A stretch of 64,000 nucleotides of DNA, taken from Candidatus Omnitrophota bacterium. GTDB taxonomy: Bacteria; Omnitrophota; Gorgyraeia; Aquiviventales; Aquiviventaceae. The DNA is taken from the NCBI GenBank assembly GCA_016198905.1, contig JACQHR010000002.1:1418-65417 (forward strand), given 5' to 3'. The notes beneath the pieces are model-generated. The model was not told where the DNA came from and ran no database searches. It saw only the letters and a list, made by a program, of their open reading frames with translations. Of the stretch, positions 18,941-26,783 are shown piece after piece. The first letter of the stretch is position 1; the number at the start of each line of letters is the position of its first letter. The position numbers were made by a program, and so were the translations under genes.

Positions 18941-20128
18941 ATGCAGATCTTTGATGTGATCGTCATCGGGGCAGGAGCCGCGGGGATGATGTGCGCGATG
19001 CAGGCGGGCCGTCGAGGCCGCCGGATCATCCTGCTCGAACACGCCAGCGTGATCGGCAAGAAACTTCGCATCTCCGGCGGCGGCCGGTGCAACTTCACGA
19101 ACCTTAACGCTGGACCCGAGCACTACGTGTCAGCCAACCCGGATTTTTGCCGCTCGGCGCTGTCCCGCTATACGCCCGAGGACTTCATTGCACTCGTGCG
19201 GGCGCACGGCATCGCGTTCCATGAGAAAACGCTTGGGCAGCTCTTCTGCGATCACTCGGCGCAGCAGATCATTGACATGCTCGTCGAGCAATGTCGCACC
19301 GCTGGCGTAACGATGAGGCTGGACTGTCGCGTGCGTACGGTGGAGAAGACGCATCACTTCATCGCGAAGACCACCCAAGGAGACTACGCGGCACCGTCAC
19401 TCGTGATTGCTACCGGCGGACTGTCGTTGCCGAAGGCCGGCGCCACGGACTTTGGATATCGCATCGCCAAGCAATTCGGTCTGCGGATTATCGAGACAGC
19501 TCCCGCGCTGGATGCCTTTGTGTTCGCCGCGCAAGACGCGCAGTGCTTTGAGGGACTGGCGGGCGTGTCGATGCCGGCTATCGTCAGCTGCAACGGAGCG
19601 AGCTTTCGTGAGGCGATCTTGTTGACGCATACCGGGTTGAGCGGCCCCGCGGCGTTGCAGGCCTCGTTATATTGGCGTTCCGGCGACATGGTGCATGTGG
19701 ATCTGCTGCCGGAGACGACTCTGGAAGCACTGATGCGCTGGTTCGCGCAGCAACAATCGAGCGGATCGCGCGCCGAGATCAAAACGCTCCTGGCCGAACG
19801 AGTGCCACAACGCATCGCGGAGCGATTCTGCGAACTGCATCGCGTCACAAAGAAACCGCTGGCACAGCAATCGGCCGAAGCGATCACGGCGCTCTGCCGC
19901 GGCCTGAAGGACTGGCGGTTCACGCCACGCAGCACCGTTGGCTATCGGACGGCCGAGGTGACGCGTGGCGGCGTCGATACGCGCGAACTCTCCTCGAAGA
20001 CCATGGAATCCCACAAGGTGCCCGGCCTGTACTTCATTGGCGAAGTGGTGGACGTGACCGGCTGGCTTGGGGGCTACAACTTTCAGTGGGCGTGGGCGTC
20101 TGGGTGGGCAGCGGGCCAAGCCGTCTAG
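18941..20128 (+). CDS. HI0933/YhiN-family flavoprotein
   Basis: GAGAAG, ISGGGRCNFTN, THTGLSGPA, GGYNFQWAWASG. Confidence 0.93.
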   Translation: MQIFDVIVIGAGAAGMMCAMQAGRRGRRIILLEHASVIGKKLRISGGGRCNFTNLNAGPEHYVSANPDFCRSALSRYTPEDFIALVRAHGIAFHEKTLGQLFCDHSAQQIIDMLVEQCRTAGVTMRLDCRVRTVEKTHHFIAKTTQGDYAAPSLVIATGGLSLPKAGATDFGYRIAKQFGLRIIETAPALDAFVFAAQDAQCFEGLAGVSMPAIVSCNGASFREAILLTHTGLSGPAALQASLYWRSGDMVHVDLLPETTLEALMRWFAQQQSSGSRAEIKTLLAERVPQRIAERFCELHRVTKKPLAQQSAEAITALCRGLKDWRFTPRSTVGYRTAEVTRGGVDTRELSSKTMESHKVPGLYFIGEVVDVTGWLGGYNFQWAWASGWAAGQAV

Positions 20129-20282
20129 GGGCTCTCAGTATACCTGACCTCTCCGACGAGATTCCGATTGCCCGACGAGAAAAAGCCTGCTAGAGTAATG
20201 GCGTACCTTCAGTCTCAATGAGCCGCGGGGCTGCGCACTATTGGCCCGCGGCGTTTGTCTTCGTCCACCACCTGGAGGCCTC

Positions 20283-20519
20283 ATGGCCAAAGAAGAAGCG
20301 ATTGCGGTTGAGGGAAAAATCATCGAGCGATTGCGCAACTCGCGCTTTCGTGTTGAGCTCGCCGGCGGACATCAGGTGCTGGCCTACGTCTCAGGCAAGA
20401 TGCGCCGCTTCTCCATCAAGATGTTGGAAGGCGATACGGTGCAGTTGATGCTCTCCCCATACGACCTGACACAGGGGCGCATCACGTACCGAGGCTCAGC
20501 TCCCACCCGAGTCTCCTAA
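20283..20519 (+). CDS. infA: Translation initiation factor IF-1
   Basis: [39 protein letters not shown]. Confidence 0.95.
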   Translation: MAKEEAIAVEGKIIERLRNSRFRVELAGGHQVLAYVSGKMRRFSIKMLEGDTVQLMLSPYDLTQGRITYRGSAPTRVS

Positions 20520-20530
20520 CGAGTCCGATC

Positions 20531-20902
20531 ATGCGCATCACGAAGAAAGAGCGCGTCGCATGGGTTGAAGGCCCCGTCAATCGAGCCGCCGACCACGTCA
20601 GCGTCTCCTACGGTGAAGCGGACAAAGCCGTGGCCTTAGTCGCCCCGCACGCCCGCAAAGGCTTCAGAGTGCAGTTCTTACTCAGGGCGCGGCACACGGA
20701 TGCGCGAGTCAACCGCATTCTCGATGAGGTTCGACGCGAGCTGACCTTCTACCTTCTGGACGTGGTGGGACCGGACTCCTGGCCGTTCGTGCAGTACCAT
20801 TGCGACACCCCGGCGAATCGCCGCTCGCGCGTGCATTGGCGCTGGCACCCGCACGCCGCCGCGACACGGCCCCGCAAGAAGTCGCGCGCGCTCTCAGCGT
20901 AA
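20531..20902 (+). CDS. Hypothetical protein
   Basis: ORF directly downstream of infA; no motif recognised. Confidence 0.55.
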   Translation: MRITKKERVAWVEGPVNRAADHVSVSYGEADKAVALVAPHARKGFRVQFLLRARHTDARVNRILDEVRRELTFYLLDVVGPDSWPFVQYHCDTPANRRSRVHWRWHPHAAATRPRKKSRALSA

Positions 20903-21062
20903 GACCCGCAGTCGCATTCCGTTCCCCCGCCGGCACTACACCTGCTTTACCCCCACATTGTTGCCGCCGCATGCCGGATGCTAGACCCGCTCCATCGTCG
21001 GTGGTATAGTGCGCATGACGGTAGGCGGTCAGAGGACGCGGCAAAGAGACGGAGTCTCACCC

Positions 21063-21764
21063 ATGCGGATTCTGGTTGTAGAAGACGACGCGCGCATCGC
21101 CAGCTTCATTCGTCGAGGGCTGCGCGAAGAGCAGTACACCGTTGACGTCGCCGCAGACGGAGACGCCGGGCTGTTTATGGCGCAGACGAACGACTACGAT
21201 CTCATCCTGCTCGACGTGCTCCTCCCGAAGCGCTCCGGACTCGAGGTGCTGCGTGCCCTGCGCGCGGAGAAGGCCGGCGTGCCGATCTTGCTGCTGACCG
21301 CGAAGGACCGCGTCGCAGACAAAGTCGCCGGGCTCGACGACGGCGCCGACGATTACCTGGCTAAGCCCTTTGCCTTCGATGAGCTGCTCGCGCGGGTTCG
21401 CGCCTTGCAGCGACGACGCGGAGACATGATCCCCACCGTGCTGCGGGCCGGGGACTTGGAGCTGGACGCCCTGCGCCAGCGCGTGACGCGCAAGGGGCGC
21501 GAGCTCATTTTGACGGGCCGCGAATACGCGCTGCTGGAGTTCTTGTTGCGCCACCCCAACCAGGTCGTGACGCGCACGATGCTCGCGGAGCACGTCTGGG
21601 AGCACGACTTCGATCCGTTCTCCAACGTCATCAATGTCCACGTGGCCAGGCTGCGGCAAAAAATTGATGAGGGATTCTCCCCGAAGCTGCTGCAGACCGT
21701 GCGCGGCAAAGGGTACCTGCTGCAAGCTCCGGTGTCTTCAGAGCGAGCCCGTCGCACCGCGTAA
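21063..21764 (+). CDS. OmpR/PhoB-family response regulator (CusR/CzcR-like)
   Basis: MRILVVEDD, LLDVLLP, GADDYLAKPF, winged helix ending QTVRGKGY. Confidence 0.95.
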   Translation: MRILVVEDDARIASFIRRGLREEQYTVDVAADGDAGLFMAQTNDYDLILLDVLLPKRSGLEVLRALRAEKAGVPILLLTAKDRVADKVAGLDDGADDYLAKPFAFDELLARVRALQRRRGDMIPTVLRAGDLELDALRQRVTRKGRELILTGREYALLEFLLRHPNQVVTRTMLAEHVWEHDFDPFSNVINVHVARLRQKIDEGFSPKLLQTVRGKGYLLQAPVSSERARRTA

Positions 21765-21816
21765 CGCGCGTCACCGCGCGCAATCCCGGACGTCCGGGAT
21801 GCTAAAGAGGCGACCC

Positions 21817-23304
21817 ATGATTCGTTCGATCCGCGTCACCCTCAACCTGTGGTATGTCGCGATCCTCGCGCTGATTCTCGGCTTGTTCAGCGTGTTGTTC
21901 TACGTGAGCGCGGCCGCGAACCTCTCGCAGGATGTCGATAAGACGCTGGCCTTGCAGGCGGACGGGATCGCCGACACCGTGTTCGCGTTCTGGCGAGCGG
22001 AGCGCGCTTCTACAGGGACCGGTCCGGGCAATTGGCAAGCTGCACCCGCGCAAACCTTCGAAGGGGAGATCAATCAAGGGGGATTGCCGGCACTCCTCGG
22101 CCGGTGGGCGCAAAAGACGGGCAATCTGGAAACGGAACACCCGGTGCGGCTGCTCGATAGTAATGGGCAACCGTTGGGCGCTTCTCCGAGTTTTCCCCCC
22201 GCCATCACCCAGCTGAATCACGGCGTCATGGCGCAGGTGCAGCAGAAGCACGCGGTCTATGTGACGGTCCCCAACCCGGATGTTCGCATTCGCTTGATCA
22301 CGCATCCGGTCGTGAGTGGGAGCGGCCGCGTCCTCTACTGCGTGCAGGTGGCGGCGAGCCTCCACAACGTCGATGCCTCGTTGGCAAAATTGCGGTTTTG
22401 GCTGCTCATCCTCGTGCCCTCCATGTTGCTCGTGACGAGTTCGGTGGGGTGGACGCTGGCGTCCGCCGCGCAAGGACCGATCCGGCAAGTGATCGTTCAA
22501 GCCAGGCAATTCATCGCCGAGTCGCTCCATGAGCGGCTCGACGCTCCGCACGCCAGCGATGAAGTGGAAGAGCTGGGCACGACCTTCACCGAAATGGTGG
22601 AGCGGCTCGAGCGCGCCTTGCGTCGACTGCGCCAATTCAGCGCGGCCGCTTCCCACGAACTGCGCACCCCGCTCACGGTCATGAAAGGGGAGGTCGAGGT
22701 GGCGCTGCGCCGGTCGCGCAGCGCGGAGGAGTATCAGCGCGTGCTGCGCACCCACCTCAACGCCATTGATGAAATGGCGCAAACCGTCGAGGAGCTCTTA
22801 CGCCTGGCTCAGACCGAGGCCGCGGAAGGCGAGGCCGAGTGGCGCGCCGTCGACCTCGGCACGGTGGCCCAACGCGTGCGCGACACGATGGCGCGCCTCG
22901 CCCGCGTGAAAGCGACGCGAATCGAAGTGGCCGCTCTGGAGCCGGTGTGGGTGCGAGGCGACCCGCGGCTCCTGGAACGGCTGCTCACCAATCTCGTGGA
23001 GAACGCCACGAAGTACAGCCCCCCGAAAAGCCTCATCACGATCCTGGCTGAACGGCGCGGCGCCGAAGCCTCGCTCATTGTTCAAGACGCCGGCCCCGGC
23101 ATCGCCCCGGAACGCATGCCGCAGCTCTTCGACCAGTTCTTTCATCGACGGACGACCGACACCCATCCGCAGTCCACCGGCCTTGGCCTGGGTTTGTGCC
23201 GGTGGATTACGGAGCTCCATCACGGCCAGATTGACGTGGCCAGCGTCCCAGGCCGCGGCACGATTTTTGCCGTGCGCTTTCCGCTCACCGCCCCACCCGC
23301 CTAG
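21817..23304 (+). CDS. Membrane sensor histidine kinase (HAMP-HisKA-HATPase)
   Basis: Two TM segments; ASHELRTPL, NLVENATKY, DAGPGI, GLGL. Confidence 0.93.
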   Translation: MIRSIRVTLNLWYVAILALILGLFSVLFYVSAAANLSQDVDKTLALQADGIADTVFAFWRAERASTGTGPGNWQAAPAQTFEGEINQGGLPALLGRWAQKTGNLETEHPVRLLDSNGQPLGASPSFPPAITQLNHGVMAQVQQKHAVYVTVPNPDVRIRLITHPVVSGSGRVLYCVQVAASLHNVDASLAKLRFWLLILVPSMLLVTSSVGWTLASAAQGPIRQVIVQARQFIAESLHERLDAPHASDEVEELGTTFTEMVERLERALRRLRQFSAAASHELRTPLTVMKGEVEVALRRSRSAEEYQRVLRTHLNAIDEMAQTVEELLRLAQTEAAEGEAEWRAVDLGTVAQRVRDTMARLARVKATRIEVAALEPVWVRGDPRLLERLLTNLVENATKYSPPKSLITILAERRGAEASLIVQDAGPGIAPERMPQLFDQFFHRRTTDTHPQSTGLGLGLCRWITELHHGQIDVASVPGRGTIFAVRFPLTAPPA

Positions 23305-23593
23305 AGCCCATCCCCACACCTCGCGCGAACCGCGTTGCGCGCGCCAGCCGGCCAGCTACAAGGAACGACGACGAAGCTGTACCCCCCCCGTGGTACTGCG
23401 AGGAGGAGTGACGCCGTAGATGGCCGGCTGCCGCCGCAACCCCTGGTCTGCCAACTGGCTGGGCCGATCTGCGTCGGCCCGCGGCGTTGCTCGTCGCTTG
23501 CGTACTCGGCTGCGCGTACGCCACACTCCTCGCGCCTTGCGGCCCTCGCATCTCGGCCCAGCGCGGCCGCGGGAGGTGTGGGGATGGGCTCTA
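23302..23593. mobile_element. ~290-nt MITE-like structured element, copy 1
   Basis: Perfect 21-bp TIR TAGAGCCCATCCCCACACCTC (23302-23322 / 23573-23593); core homologous to 38190-38478. Confidence 0.8.
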
Positions 23594-23619
23594 ACGTCCC
23601 GGTTTTTCCCGCACCGATC

Positions 23620-23674
23620 CTAACGAACTTGTAACCGAAAAGTTACGAGCCCGTAATCCCCCTTTCGGTACGCT
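23620..23674 (+). promoter_or_regulatory. Four 11-bp-phased GTWAC-like boxes plus -10 (site B)
   Basis: CTAAC 23620, GTAAC 23631, GTTAC 23642, GTAAT 23653; TACGCT 23669. Confidence 0.6.
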
Positions 23675-23813
23675 GATGCCATCACGAGACGCGGTGTAAC
23701 CCGGAGATGTCTCGTTCATACAAGAGGAGGTGACGGCCGATGAAGGCGTAGCGCGATACTTCGGGGCCATACCGTACGCATCAAGACGTCTAACCAATGG
23801 AGGCATGACGCAC

Positions 23814-24278
23814 ATGACTACTCGACGGATCGCCACACGATGGACTCTCGGGATCGTGACACTGCTGGCATTGGGCCTCACCCATGGAGCCTACGTAGCG
23901 GCCCAGATGGCCAACGCTCCAGCCACCCTGCAACAGATCTCGGGAAAGATCACGGCGATTGATGTGCAACACGGTGCCGTGAAGCTCCAACCCTTAACGA
24001 TGGGCGCTACCCCCGCCCCGTCGGCCGAACAGCCGACGACCTTCGTGGTGGGCGAGGACACGCGCATCTCCAGGGGCCTCAAGCAAGCCGAGCTGGAGGA
24101 GCTGAAAGTCGGGGATCACGTGAAGATCGACTACGCCAAGCAAGGAGGCAAGAACGTGGCGCAGGCCATCATCGTGCAAGGATCAGCGGCGGAAGAAGGC
24201 GCGCCCAGAGCTGAGAAGGCGCCGTCGAAGACGTCGCTTCCCGAACCAGGATCGCCTCAGCGTTCTCCTGGGCGCTGA
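23814..24278 (+). CDS. Exported small beta-barrel (OB-fold-like) protein, paralog of 13207
   Basis: Signal peptide; SGKITAID...ELKVGDHVKIDY...GKNVAQAI. Confidence 0.72.
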   Translation: MTTRRIATRWTLGIVTLLALGLTHGAYVAAQMANAPATLQQISGKITAIDVQHGAVKLQPLTMGATPAPSAEQPTTFVVGEDTRISRGLKQAELEELKVGDHVKIDYAKQGGKNVAQAIIVQGSAAEEGAPRAEKAPSKTSLPEPGSPQRSPGR

Positions 24279-24354
24279 CCACCGGAGAAGAGGGTGGCGC
24301 CGCGGACGCCTGTTCGCGGCGCCCCCCGCTCTCTCAACGAAGAGGAGCGTGTGA

Positions 24355-24720
24355 ATGCGGAACCTCATGATCATGGGAATGACCGCGTGTGCGTTGGCGC
24401 TGACCGGGTGTGAATCCATGGGCACGGCCGCCCAATCGAAAACGGTGCAGGGTGCCGCGTTGGGCTCGGCGCTGGGCGCCGGAACCGGGGCGATTATCGG
24501 CAACCAGACCGGGCACGCAGGCGCCGGCACGGCCATTGGCGCGGGGCTTGGCGCGCTGGGCGGCGGCATGGTGGGGCACGGCATGGAGGAACAGTCGGCC
24601 CAGGCGGCTCCCGCCGAGAGCAAGACGAAATTCTGTCCCGTCGGCGGAGAGTTGTATGACGAACAGGTGAAGTACTGCCCCATTCACGGCGTCGAGCTCA
24701 AATACAGAGACACGCGGTAA
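24355..24720 (+). CDS. Glycine-zipper lipoprotein with C-terminal CPxxG/CPxH motif
   Basis: LTGC lipobox; GAALGSALGAGTGAIIG; KFCPVGGELY...KYCPIHGVEL. Confidence 0.85.
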   Translation: MRNLMIMGMTACALALTGCESMGTAAQSKTVQGAALGSALGAGTGAIIGNQTGHAGAGTAIGAGLGALGGGMVGHGMEEQSAQAAPAESKTKFCPVGGELYDEQVKYCPIHGVELKYRDTR

Positions 24721-24797
24721 TTCAGACGGTGCAGGTGTGTACGGTCCGGGTCAATCGGATGGTGTGGCGGAGCAAGCGACCTTCGGGAGGATGCGAT

Positions 24798-25085
24798 ATG
24801 AGCGAAGTGATCTGGCCCATGATAGAGGAAGAAGGAGCGCGAGCGTCGGTGCGTGCACCGCGCCCCTCGCTGATGACGCCGTTAGGGGTCATCGAGGGAG
24901 AAGTTCTGACGTACCTCGACCGCCACGGGAGCGCCACCTTGCGGCGGCTCAATCAAGAGCTGCGATGGCCGGCGTACATGGTGATGATGGCGGTGGGGGC
25001 GTTGATTCGCACGGGTCTGGTGCGGGGCATTCAGCACGAGCTTGAAGTGGTTATCAGATTGCGGAAACCCTTATACGAGTTCTAG
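24798..25085 (+). CDS. Small winged-helix protein (DUF2582-like)
   Basis: GVIEGEVLTYLDRHGSATLRRL...MAVGALIRTGLV; GGAGG RBS. Confidence 0.6.
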   Translation: MSEVIWPMIEEEGARASVRAPRPSLMTPLGVIEGEVLTYLDRHGSATLRRLNQELRWPAYMVMMAVGALIRTGLVRGIQHELEVVIRLRKPLYEF

Positions 25086-25110
25086 GCATCAACGCGACGC
25101 GGAGGCAGAC

Positions 25111-25611
25111 ATGAACGCCCTCAATCGCTTGAAAGCAGAGCATCGTCGCTTGTTGTCGATAATGGCGGCACTTGAGTCCGCGCTGGCGATGGGCACCTCC
25201 GCCTGGTTCGTGCTGCGCCAAATCTGTTTCTCGGTCTCCAAGCAGTTGAATGAGCACGTCAGAGGCGAGGAACAGTTGCTCACGGTCTGTTATCGCGTGC
25301 TGCGCCAAGTCGACGCGGAAGACGATCCGCAGCTCACCGCAGCCCACAAGGACGCGTCCGAGCAGCTCCAACACATCACGCAGTCTCTCTGGATGGGGAC
25401 GGAGACATCAATCGAAGACGTGCGCCCTCGCTTGACGCGCGTGCTGGCCACCGTGCGGTATCAGATGCACGAACAGGAAGCCCGCGTGTTCCCATGGCTT
25501 GAGCGCGTGATGGGCCTGGCGTGGGTGCTGCAGCTTCGGCCGCTCGGTGAGGCGCCAAGCCTCACGGTGGCGAGTCCCTCGCTCGAGCGATCAACGGCGG
25601 ATTCACCGTAG
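25111..25611 (+). CDS. Hemerythrin-like (HHE) domain protein
   Basis: LKAEHRRL, EHVRGEEQLL, HEQEARVFP. Confidence 0.65.
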   Translation: MNALNRLKAEHRRLLSIMAALESALAMGTSAWFVLRQICFSVSKQLNEHVRGEEQLLTVCYRVLRQVDAEDDPQLTAAHKDASEQLQHITQSLWMGTETSIEDVRPRLTRVLATVRYQMHEQEARVFPWLERVMGLAWVLQLRPLGEAPSLTVASPSLERSTADSP

Positions 25612-25642
25612 AGCACGCGTCGCAACTGATGGAGGATCTCAC

Positions 25643-25696
25643 AGAACAACGTTGTCACCAAAACGTTACGGGCTCGTTACGTTTGCTGACTACACT
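25643..25696 (+). promoter_or_regulatory. Four 11-bp-phased GTWAC-like boxes plus -10 (site C)
   Basis: AGAAC 25643, GTCAC 25654, GTTAC 25665, GTTAC 25676; TACACT 25691. Confidence 0.55.
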
Positions 25697-25771
25697 GGAC
25701 GCGCACCTGAGGACAGCCGAAGCGGAAGGCTGTCGAGACAGAGAGCGATCGGCAACACAGAGGAGGATCCG

Positions 25772-26380
25772 ATGAACACGGCACAGCGAGTCGGGATCGT
25801 CGGGGTCACGGTCGTCGCGGCACTTGTGGCGGGAAAACTGTGGGCGCAATCGCCGACGCCACCTGCGCCTGAGTTGACTACGGCCGAACGCGCTCCCGCG
25901 CCTGAGCCCTTGCCGCAACCTCGCGGGTCTTCAGCCGCGGAGTTGCCCACGAGCTCGTGGTCGGGAGGCAGCTCGGTGGGCATCTTGGGATCCACACCGG
26001 ACGGGACGGCCTTCACGATGAACGGGAATGCGGAGTACTTCGTCAACCCGCATGTCTCCATCGGCCCGCTGGCGCAGGTGGCGTTTACCGGGGACATGGT
26101 GCAGGTCGGGCTCTCCGGGCAAGGGAAGTACTACATCGATCTGCCCGGGACCAACAATCGAGGAAAAGTGTCGTTGCAAAGCGGTGTCGGGTTCATACAC
26201 TCCAGTTTTCGTGACGGAGATACGTCGTGGCTCGTGCCGCTCGGGGTGGGGTATGACTACACGCTGGACTCCGGGGCCATTTTAACCGCGACCTCGCTCG
26301 TCAATTTCACGGACCTTCACACCGGTGGAGGCTCGGGGGCGGATGTCATGCCGGGCTTTGCCTTCGGCGTGCGCTTCTAG
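25772..26380 (+). CDS. Small outer-membrane beta-barrel protein
   Basis: Signal peptide, Pro-rich linker, alternating strands, C-terminal FGVRF; AGGAGG RBS. Confidence 0.75.
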   Translation: MNTAQRVGIVGVTVVAALVAGKLWAQSPTPPAPELTTAERAPAPEPLPQPRGSSAAELPTSSWSGGSSVGILGSTPDGTAFTMNGNAEYFVNPHVSIGPLAQVAFTGDMVQVGLSGQGKYYIDLPGTNNRGKVSLQSGVGFIHSSFRDGDTSWLVPLGVGYDYTLDSGAILTATSLVNFTDLHTGGGSGADVMPGFAFGVRF

Positions 26381-26783
26381 CTCGCGCACGGCATGATGCC
26401 GGGACAGGCCTCTGTGTAGGTCACGCGGCAGAGTCCCAGGAGGGGGGCGATCTCACCCGTCATATGGCAGAACAAGAGCTGAAGCTCTTTCCGTTCATGG
26501 AGGAGGACCGATGGACCAATTGGTGCAAGTGACGACAGCGTGCTTCTGCTTGTTTGGGATGGAGTTGACGTCGGATAAGGCGGGGTACGCCAGGCCAGCG
26601 GGGGCGAGATATGGGTGCGGGCCAACACTTCGTTCAACACAACGCGTTGCGTTTCAGCCCAACGGTTTGGCCGGGTGGCGTTTGCGCTTGTGTCAGCTGC
26701 GCTCAGCGATCTAAAATAAAGCCCAGCGTGCAGGCCTCGCCGCGGAGTCGCACGCCATGACCGGCCAAGACGGAGGACCTTCC

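Noticed and set aside
21783-21800. Perfect 18-bp palindrome ATCCCGGACGTCCGGGAT between regulator and kinase
   Set aside because: Single occurrence, no loop or U-tract; function not supportable
23382-23389. C8 homopolymer as a phase-variation tract
   Set aside because: Lies in the variable hairpin of the non-coding element
23285-23634. ORFs spanning the repeated elements (23285, 23335, 23420; also 38125, 38199 N-terminus)
   Set aside because: Similarity between them comes from the DNA repeat; no RBS, no transposase motifs, frames not preserved between copies
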